From NCBI GenBank assembly GCA_003858585.1, contig RQZE01000006.1, forward strand, positions 30,001 through 62,000: a stretch of 32,000 bases of DNA, read 5' to 3'. This DNA is from Erysipelotrichaceae bacterium OH741_COT-311. GTDB taxonomy: Bacteria; Bacillota_I; Bacilli_A; Erysipelotrichales; Erysipelotrichaceae. The notes beneath the pieces are model-generated. The model had not been told where the DNA came from and made no database searches. It saw only the letters and a program-made list of their open reading frames with translations. Below are positions 25,133-32,000 of this stretch, piece after piece (position 1 is the first letter of the stretch; each line of letters starts with the position of its first letter). The translations under genes and the position numbers were made by a program.

Positions 25133-25786
25133 TCTATGTGTTGTTTAGAATCATCTAATTTGTAGATACTTGTAAACAGCACATAGAACCTAGAAAGGAG
25201 AAATAGTTTTGTCAAAGATACAAAAAGATAAAATTAAAGCTTAAGTATTCAGTATATAAGTTTATACTGAATACTTGAAAAATGATTATATTTCTTTAAC
25301 AGATATTGCAAGATATAAAAATGAAGATGATCCAAGATTTGTTAATTAGAAATGCATGAGTAATAGAAAGACAGTTTATTGGATTATGAGAAATATTAAA
25401 TAACGAAGATTTTAACTTTGTGCAATTCGATAAGTTTAAAAATGGAAGCTGGTTTGAACAGATTTATAATGACAACTCAAAAATGGATTGAAAACAAAAA
25501 TGCAAAAGGTATTGTAACGAAATTTAGTATGTATGGTTGAACATACGCACGGAGTGATATTGTACTAGAATTTGCTTTTTGGTTATCCCCAGAATTTAAG
25601 TTGTATATCATTCAAGATTATAAAAGATTGAAATCTGATGATTATCACTTACTTGGAATTTATATTGTGAAATTTCAAAAATTAACTATAAAATTCATAC
25701 AGATGCAATCAAAGAGTATTTGTTAAGGCATCTTATCAACAAAACTTTATCCTATAAATATGCAAGTAGACGCCATCAGAGATATT
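25036..25786 (+). repeat. Left copy of a ~0.75-kb direct repeat (leader plus the 5' two-thirds of kilA-N); degraded
   Basis: By eye it aligns base for base with 29905-30680, with substitutions and small indels. The leader portion is nearly identical. Confidence 0.85.
25209..25786 (+). pseudogene. KilA-N domain gene remnant (multiple stops and frameshifts, 3' truncated)
   Basis: It is homologous to 30078..30938 but interrupted, for example by KIKA-TAA at 25242, further stops, and deletion of the ETSRLS segment. No ORF of 60 aa or longer remains. Confidence 0.8.
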
Positions 25787-25851
25787 AGCGTTTACAATGG
25801 TAAATGAGTTTATTGAGGAGATAAAACTAAAGTGAGAAAGGGATTGAATAT

Positions 25852-28017
25852 ATGTATTTAAATCATTTGCAAGTCGTAAATTACAAAAATTTAAGAGCTA
25901 CACATTTTTCTTTCGTTGAAGGAGTAAATACAATTATTGGGGAAAATGATTCTGGAAAATCAAATGCAATGACAGCTATTCGCATATTGTTGGATGATTC
26001 ATACTACTACAACACAAAAAGACTTAAGAATAATGACTTTTCGGATACTTTGAATAACTGGAAAGGACATTGGATTATTTTTTCAGCAGTATTTGGAAAT
26101 ATTACATCTGTGGATAAACAAACGGAGATATGTGCAGAACTAGTGCCTGATAATGAGAATGAGGATTTTCTGAAATCCTATATAAAAAGTGGAAATGACA
26201 ATATTGGTGTAATTTCTCTTTTTATTCGTCCACAAAAGCAAATAAGAAAAAAATTAAGTGAAATTACCGATCCGATAGAATTTGAAATAGAGCGGAATAA
26301 AATAAGAATTACAGATTATGAATTTTATTTTACAAGTCGAGCACAAACGAATTTTATAAATGAAACAATATACAAAAAAATTGTTGGAGATTTAGATAAC
26401 GGACATTGTACAAATCCTGACGAAGATAATGATGAAATTTTAGGATGTAAATTAAATATAGCGGATGTACAGGATCATATATCAGTGGTATTTGTTGATG
26501 CTTTACGAGATGTAGAAAGTGAATTAAAAAAGCCTAAAAACCCTATCAGAAGAATTATTGAATCAATAGAATCATTGATAGAAGAATCAGAAATCAGCTC
26601 AATTAAAGACGAAATTATGAAATTGAACAAATCCATATCTGAAGTCAAACAAGTAGAACTTGTTGGTAAAAAAATTAATGAGAAATTATTGGACATGATA
26701 GGAATGGTGTATTCCCCAGAAATCATTTTAGAATCGGGGATGAAGGATGATTTAAAATCATTATCACGATATTTATTTTTAAAACCATCAAAACAGAATG
26801 ATATAGAATATTTAGGATTAGGACATCTAAATATGATTTATATGGCTTTGAAAATAGTTGAATATGAAATCAATAGAACGAGAGAACTTATAAATATTAT
26901 GATTGTTGAGGAACCAGAGGCGCATATTCATACACATATTCAAAGAACTTTGTTTGATAAGTTAAAAGTTGCAAAGGATTATACCCAAATAATAACTACT
27001 ACTCATTCAACACATTTAGCTGAAGTTTCGAATATAAAAAGTATAAATATTTTGAAATCTTTGGATGATAAGAGTATTTCAATGCAACCTTATAACGGCT
27101 TAGATGAGTTTGGTAAAGAATTTCTTAACTTAAAGAACTTAACATTATCAAATTGTATTGAACGCTATCTAGATGCAAAGCGTACAGTATTACTCTTTTC
27201 GAAAGGGGTTATTTTAGTAGAAGGAGATGGAGAAGAAATTTTAATTCCTAATATTGTAAAGAGAGCTTTTGGAGTTTCTTTGGATGAGCTTGGAATTGGA
27301 CTCATAAATGTAGGAAGTGTATCCTTTGAATATATTGCGAGTCTATTTGCAGATATAAGAATAAATAGACCATGCGCAATTGTTACTGATGAAGATATTC
27401 AAATAGTAGAAAGTAGCAGTAGTTTTTATAAGATGCAAGCTCAAACAAGAGGAGAAAGTAGAAAAGAAAAGCTAGAAACGCTATACGACAGAAATGAATG
27501 GGTACAGTCTTTCTATGCTCCGCATACATTAGAAATTGATTTTGCTTTAACGAATAATAGGCATAATAAGAAATATATCAATAAAGTAATAGAGTTGAAT
27601 TATAATGAAGATACTACAATAAAAAAACATAAAAATAATATAGATACTGGCTCTGATGCACATTGCGCTAATACAATTTTAACGTTAGCAAGAGGTATGG
27701 GAAAAGGTTGGTATGCAGCAATTTTATCAAATTATATTGATAGTGCAGTTTGCATCCCACAGTATATATTATCTGCTATTGCATTTGCAAGTAGAGAAAT
27801 AATAAATGTTGATATTATATTTAAGATGGTTGAATATTCATTAAATCAGTATGAGGAAACTGAGGACAGTATTGAATTAAAAGAAAAATTTAAGATGGTA
27901 AAAGATGTTACAGACAAAAAATGTTGTATTCAGAATTTTAGAGATGCATATGAAGACGCTGTTGTATCAAAATTATTAATTGAGGTTGATAAATATTGTG
28001 AAAGTTGGTGTGAATAA
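25852..28017 (+). CDS. gajA: OLD-family ATP-dependent nuclease (ABC-type ATPase plus Toprim), GajA-like / class 2 OLD
   Basis: It has Walker A GENDSGKS (aa 30-37), Walker B IMIVEEPEAHIH, and the Toprim motifs ILVEGDGEEILIP and AIVTDED. It is directly coupled to a UvrD-like helicase gene (TAATG). Confidence 0.75.
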   Translation: MYLNHLQVVNYKNLRATHFSFVEGVNTIIGENDSGKSNAMTAIRILLDDSYYYNTKRLKNNDFSDTLNNWKGHWIIFSAVFGNITSVDKQTEICAELVPDNENEDFLKSYIKSGNDNIGVISLFIRPQKQIRKKLSEITDPIEFEIERNKIRITDYEFYFTSRAQTNFINETIYKKIVGDLDNGHCTNPDEDNDEILGCKLNIADVQDHISVVFVDALRDVESELKKPKNPIRRIIESIESLIEESEISSIKDEIMKLNKSISEVKQVELVGKKINEKLLDMIGMVYSPEIILESGMKDDLKSLSRYLFLKPSKQNDIEYLGLGHLNMIYMALKIVEYEINRTRELINIMIVEEPEAHIHTHIQRTLFDKLKVAKDYTQIITTTHSTHLAEVSNIKSINILKSLDDKSISMQPYNGLDEFGKEFLNLKNLTLSNCIERYLDAKRTVLLFSKGVILVEGDGEEILIPNIVKRAFGVSLDELGIGLINVGSVSFEYIASLFADIRINRPCAIVTDEDIQIVESSSSFYKMQAQTRGESRKEKLETLYDRNEWVQSFYAPHTLEIDFALTNNRHNKKYINKVIELNYNEDTTIKKHKNNIDTGSDAHCANTILTLARGMGKGWYAAILSNYIDSAVCIPQYILSAIAFASREIINVDIIFKMVEYSLNQYEETEDSIELKEKFKMVKDVTDKKCCIQNFRDAYEDAVVSKLLIEVDKYCESWCE

Positions 28018-29756
28018 TGGAAGATATGCTTTTTTTAGAGCAATTGAATCCACAACAGAAAAAGGTATGTATTGAAGGTAATAACATTTTGCTTAAGGCT
28101 TGTCCAGGAAGTGGTAAAACAAGAACATTAACTTATAAGCTAGCATATATAATAAAAAAATATGAACTTTCAAAAAAAATAAATATTGCAATTACATACA
28201 CAAATAGAGCTGCTGATGAAATCAGAGAGCGGTTGGAGAAAATGGATATTCCGGAAGATAAAGTGTGGGTAGGGACAATACATCAGTTTTGCCTCGAATT
28301 TATTATCAGACCGTATACAATGTACCATAATCGATTAAAAAAAGGATATCATATTATTGATGAGTATGTACAAAGTCAATATGTAGATGAAATTGTTAAG
28401 AATCTTGGTATAGACATGGGTTATAATAAACCATTTGATTTTCCGGAAATTGTGAACAAGTATGAAGAAAAGTTATTAGCTGAGAAAGAGATTGACTTTA
28501 ATGATATATTAAAAATATCCTTTGAGTTAGTTAAGACCTGTCCATTTATTGCAGAGAATATTGGTGGAGTTACAAGATCAATTTTAGTTGACGAGTATCA
28601 AGATGCGAATGAATTGCAGTATGGTATATTGGGCTGTATAGTATCGGCTAATAAAAAAATATTATTAACTTTTGTAGGAGACACAGATCAAGCTATTTAT
28701 GGTGCACTTGGTGGTATTGCAAAAACATCAAAAGAATTAGAATTAGAGTTTGGGGTTGCTTTTAAAGAAGAAAAATTAGATGGTTGTTATCGCACAACTC
28801 AGCGCATAATTGATTATTATTCTAATTTTCAGCTGAAGTATGATCCAATATATGCAGTTTCTGAAATTAAAAATGAAATGGGTTGCTTAGTTTATAATAA
28901 TACCATTAATAAAACAGATTTGTTTGAAGGAATAGCTCAAATTGTAAAAAGGCAGATATCTGAGGGGATTCCAGAGAACGAAATATGTATTATTGCCCCA
29001 CAATGGTGGTTATTATTTCCATTATCAAAACAAATGAAGACACTTTTACCTAATGTAAAATTCGATGCACCGGATATTACTCCAATAAAGTATGATCCTA
29101 TGAATGTATTTTTTCTGTTTGCAAGGCTATTATTTACTGAGCCTGGAAAAAAGACATGGATTAGAAAAAAAATTGCAAATGAAATAGTTAAGATTTTATC
29201 GGAAGAGTACAAAATAGAACTACACGAAAAAGTAGATACATATATGATTTTAAAGGTAGTTAATTCTTTATTATGTGAAAAAGAGAATGGCTTGGATTAT
29301 CTTCAAAGGTCGATTATTAAGTTCTTTCATATTTTTGGAGTTAATTTGAGTCAGGAGCAATTGCTACAAAGATCCTATGAAAGTTTTATTGCAAAAATTA
29401 ATGATAGAGTACAGCGCTATGATTTATCTACATGTATTGATACTTTTAAACAATGTTTCAAAGAAAAAGAAGGTGTGGTAATAAATACATTTCATGGTGT
29501 GAAAGGAGAAGAATATGATACAGTTATAGCATTTGGTATTCTAAATGGATATATTCCACACTGGGATACGATAATTCGGCAATCGAAACAATATCGAGAA
29601 GATGAAACTAAAAAATTGCTATATGTGGTTTGCTCACGAGCAAAGAAAAATTTATATTTATTTTCTGAACAGGGTAGGACTACAACGAAGGGAGAACTAC
29701 TTACATCAACTGATGAGATGCATGCTATAGAATTTGAATTTGATGAGTTCCAATAA
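28017..29756 (+). CDS. gajB: UvrD/PcrA-like SF1 helicase, GajB-like
   Basis: It has motif I ACPGSGKTRT, motif II VDEYQDAN, motif III GDTDQAIYG, motif V TFHGVKGEEYDTV and motif VI LLYVVCSRAKKNLYL. Confidence 0.75.
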   Translation: MEDMLFLEQLNPQQKKVCIEGNNILLKACPGSGKTRTLTYKLAYIIKKYELSKKINIAITYTNRAADEIRERLEKMDIPEDKVWVGTIHQFCLEFIIRPYTMYHNRLKKGYHIIDEYVQSQYVDEIVKNLGIDMGYNKPFDFPEIVNKYEEKLLAEKEIDFNDILKISFELVKTCPFIAENIGGVTRSILVDEYQDANELQYGILGCIVSANKKILLTFVGDTDQAIYGALGGIAKTSKELELEFGVAFKEEKLDGCYRTTQRIIDYYSNFQLKYDPIYAVSEIKNEMGCLVYNNTINKTDLFEGIAQIVKRQISEGIPENEICIIAPQWWLLFPLSKQMKTLLPNVKFDAPDITPIKYDPMNVFFLFARLLFTEPGKKTWIRKKIANEIVKILSEEYKIELHEKVDTYMILKVVNSLLCEKENGLDYLQRSIIKFFHIFGVNLSQEQLLQRSYESFIAKINDRVQRYDLSTCIDTFKQCFKEKEGVVINTFHGVKGEEYDTVIAFGILNGYIPHWDTIIRQSKQYREDETKKLLYVVCSRAKKNLYLFSEQGRTTTKGELLTSTDEMHAIEFEFDEFQ

Positions 29757-29798
29757 GTATACTTAAAAATGTATAAACAATTAATTTAAATTTATACT

Positions 29799-29807
29799 TG
29801 ATATAAT
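29799..29807 (+). promoter_or_regulatory. Possible extended -10 promoter (TGaTATAAT) for the kilA-N leader
   Basis: The sequence motif is the only evidence. It would give a ~265-nt structured 5' leader. Confidence 0.35.
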
Positions 29808-29904
29808 AAATTATTGTAATTCTTAGATTATTGTATTATTAATCCAACAGAATAGATAAATTATTTACATCTATAAGCGTTTAAATTACAATATGATTTC
29901 ACAT

Positions 29905-30680
29905 CCGGGTCTTATGTCATAATTGTGTTAGTGGTAAAAAGTCTAATAAAATCAAGGGTTTTAGTGCTTCTACAAACTATTAAAACTCTTGATACAATAA
30001 TCTATGTGTTGTTTAGAATCATCTAATTTGTAGATGCTTGTAAACAGCACATAGAACCTAGAAAGGAGGAATGAGTTTTGTCAAAGATACAAAAAGATAA
30101 AATTAAAGCTCAAGGATTCAGCATAGAAATTTACACAGAAGACTTCAAAAATGATTATATATCTTTAACAGATATTGCAAGATATAAAAATGAAGATGAT
30201 CCAAGATTTGTTATTCAGAATTGGATGAGGAATAGAAACACATTAGAATTTATTGGATTATGGGAAATATTAAATAACAAAGATTTTAACCGTGTGCAAT
30301 TCGACACGTTTAAAATGGAAGCCGGCTTAAATAGATTTACAATGACACCTCAAAAATGGATTGAAAATACAAATGCAAAAGGTATTGTATCGAAATCTGG
30401 GAGATATGGAGGAACATATGCTCATAGTGATATTGCATTAGAATTTGCTTCTTGGTTATCTCCAGAGTTTAAGTTGTATATCATTCAAGATTATAAAAGA
30501 TTGAAATCTGATGAAACTTCTAGGTTATCACTCACTTGGAATTTACACAGAGAAATATCTAAAATAAATTACAAGATACACACAGATGCCATTCAAACAT
30601 ATCTTCTAAATGATTTAACAGATAGTCAATTAGGATTTCAATATGCAAGCGAAGCAGATATGTTGAATGTTGCCTTATTT
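29905..30680 (+). repeat. Right (intact) copy of the direct repeat (leader plus the 5' part of kilA-N)
   Basis: See 25036-25786. The offset between the copies is about 4.87 kb. Confidence 0.85.
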
Positions 30681-30938
30681 AATAAGACTGCTAAACAATG
30701 GCGAGATGAAAATAAAGATTTAAAAGGTAATATGAGAGACTATGCAAGTTTAAATGAGTTACTTGTATTAGCTAATATGGAAAGCTACAATGCAATTCTC
30801 ATTGAAAAAGGAATTCGCCAAAAGGAAAGAATGATAGAACTAAGAAAACTTGCAAGAACACAATTGATATCACTTGAAAAAATTGGTGATAGCAGTATTA
30901 AAAAAATAGGAGAAAAAAATAACTATTATAAGAGATAA
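30078..30938 (+). CDS. KilA-N domain-containing DNA-binding protein
   Basis: It has a TTG start preceded by AAAGGAGG. DYISLTDIARYKN...VIQNWMRNRNTLEFIGLWE...GRYGGTYAHSDIALEFASWLSPEF is the KilA-N pattern. Confidence 0.8.
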   Translation: MSKIQKDKIKAQGFSIEIYTEDFKNDYISLTDIARYKNEDDPRFVIQNWMRNRNTLEFIGLWEILNNKDFNRVQFDTFKMEAGLNRFTMTPQKWIENTNAKGIVSKSGRYGGTYAHSDIALEFASWLSPEFKLYIIQDYKRLKSDETSRLSLTWNLHREISKINYKIHTDAIQTYLLNDLTDSQLGFQYASEADMLNVALFNKTAKQWRDENKDLKGNMRDYASLNELLVLANMESYNAILIEKGIRQKERMIELRKLARTQLISLEKIGDSSIKKIGEKNNYYKR

Positions 30939-31053
30939 ATAGTTAAATTAGAATTGACCGAGCTATTTAGAGTGAGAGATGCTTCTTTACCTTTAGGTCA
31001 AGAAGATGGATGTAGTAAAAAAATAAATTAGAATTTGTGGGGGGTAACATTAT

Positions 31054-31755
31054 ATGGAGAAACAGACACTGACAATCGAGCAAAAACGTTTGGATATAGA
31101 TATTTGGATTATTGTTTTAGTGACTCTGGGATCTTTTGTAATTTATACAATCACGGGTAATCAGCTGATGAACTTTGTGAAAAACAGTGATGTATCAGTA
31201 ATTCCAAGGTTACTGCTAAATGCTACTGTCCAGTTTGGGGTTGCAGGTATGGGTATCTCACTGGTTTGTATTTTACGAAAAGAAAGGTTTTCGAAATTTG
31301 GTCTGAAAACAAAGAACAGCGGTAAAGCCATAATTGGAACAGTTTTATGTTTTGTGCCTATTATCGGTTATATCTTTGCCTCGGGACAGTTTAGTGGCTA
31401 TCAGCCATTTAGCACTATATTGGTAATAAAGGATATGCTGTCAGCAGGTGCGCCTGTTTCAATCATTGGTATGGTAATCATCATTGTAGTCTGGGGTTTT
31501 GAAGGTTTCAATTATGTTGTTATCTGCTATAAGATCAACAAACGATACCCTTCGACGAATCAGTGGTTGGATTACGGTGCAATTACCTGCGCCATTGTAT
31601 GCATTCTGTTTCATCCAATAAGCTTTTCTTTTTGGGGCATTGTTCAGATCATAACTACATTTGCTGCAATATATGGAATGTTGATTGTTAAGAAGATAAC
31701 TGGAAATGCATGGGGATGTATATTTGCCTTCTTGTTTATCTGGAATGCAATATAA
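31054..31755 (+). CDS. Polytopic membrane protein, unknown function (weak CPBP-like resemblance)
   Basis: It has six or seven hydrophobic helices. The GFEGF, FHP and IWNA positions only loosely recall the CPBP motifs. GC is higher than in the adjacent islet. Confidence 0.5.
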   Translation: MEKQTLTIEQKRLDIDIWIIVLVTLGSFVIYTITGNQLMNFVKNSDVSVIPRLLLNATVQFGVAGMGISLVCILRKERFSKFGLKTKNSGKAIIGTVLCFVPIIGYIFASGQFSGYQPFSTILVIKDMLSAGAPVSIIGMVIIIVVWGFEGFNYVVICYKINKRYPSTNQWLDYGAITCAIVCILFHPISFSFWGIVQIITTFAAIYGMLIVKKITGNAWGCIFAFLFIWNAI

Positions 31756-31917
31756 ATTATAGATTACTTGAAGATTATGATAAGAGGAATTTGTTTGATA
31801 TTGAGAAGTACTTGGAGAGAAAAGGTAAAGTAAAAATAAGTAATAAAATAGCTGTGTCAAGGATGTAATAAAAGTTAGATAAATTTGAATTTATCGAGAT
31901 GAAAGGAGTTATAGAAT

Positions 31918-32000
31918 ATGGATAAAGAAAATAACCAAAATCAAAGGAAAGGTAAGATTTTAACAATTATTGGACTAATTGCAATGATGTTATTAACTAT
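31918..32000 (+). CDS. 5' end of a membrane protein gene (continues beyond the window)
   Basis: The RBS AAAGGAG lies 9 nt upstream of the ATG. MDKENNQNQRKGKILTIIGLIAMMLLT begins a TM helix. Confidence 0.45.
   Translation, partial: MDKENNQNQRKGKILTIIGLIAMMLLT

Noticed and set aside
25134-25186. The leader hairpin as a rho-independent terminator of the truncated RM gene
   Set aside because: No U-tract follows the stem (the next bases are AACCTAGAAAGGAG), and the same structure precedes the intact kilA-N gene, where termination would silence it. I report it as a candidate regulatory structure instead.
23300-31000. Calling the RM/Gabija/kilA-N region a mobile element (prophage, ICE or IS)
   Set aside because: I recognised no integrase, transposase, recombinase, terminal inverted repeats or tRNA target in any frame. 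Only compositional difference and internal direct repeats support mobility, so I describe it as a defence islet rather than annotate a mobile element.
2167-31966. Short antisense or nested ORFs in the track: 2167..2376, 2757..2999, 3850..4086, 5982..6215, 6323..6505, 10406..10603, 11047..11253, 13758..13979, 15143..15349, 16853..17071, 19319..19507, 20025..20291, 22047..22292, 22335..22553, 23033..23254, 26475..26726, 28937..29212, 31459..31860 and 31775..31966
   Set aside because: Each lies within or antisense to a longer ORF with clear family motifs. They have no RBS context that I could see, and their translations are low-complexity. They are most likely non-coding.

Overview
The window is a low-GC, Firmicutes-type chromosomal segment. 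The gene content and style look Erysipelotrichia- or Bacilli-like, but the taxon cannot be proven from sequence alone. Most of it is ordinary core metabolism and transport, interrupted by three visibly AT-richer accessory insertions.

Core genes:
- The 3' end of a ulaE-like epimerase.
- An S66 LD-carboxypeptidase.
- A minus-strand block encoding a KDPG-aldolase-like protein, a zinc metallopeptidase and a rhodanese lipoprotein.
- An osmoprotectant-type ABC transporter with a fused permease and binding protein, plus its ATPase.
- An orphan ABC ATPase with a 520-aa polytopic membrane protein.
- A large PRD-regulator-controlled PTS (lactose/cellobiose family) locus. It also encodes a glycosylasparaginase, CutC, a MupG/DUF871 phospho-glycosidase, a Cof-type HAD phosphatase, a GrdB-like protein and an M20 dipeptidase.

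Accessory insertions:
1. 420-2230: a translationally coupled two-gene module encoding an unknown 212-aa protein and a 302-aa protein. The 302-aa protein has a C-terminal CxE...PCxxC zinc-deaminase signature and a 6 x 27-bp in-frame tandem repeat. This is my best candidate for an undescribed system.
2. 3266-5088: a stand-alone KAP-family P-loop NTPase with its own promoter and terminator.
3. About 23300-31000: a defence islet. It holds an XRE/C-protein-like HTH, a decayed Type IIG-like restriction-modification fusion gene, and a Gabija-like OLD-family ATPase/Toprim nuclease with a UvrD-like helicase. The Gabija-like pair is bracketed by a degraded copy and an intact copy of a KilA-N gene together with its structured leader.

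I found no rRNA, tRNA, CRISPR array, integrase or transposase. All calls rest on motif-level reading of the supplied translations and the DNA. No database searches were run.
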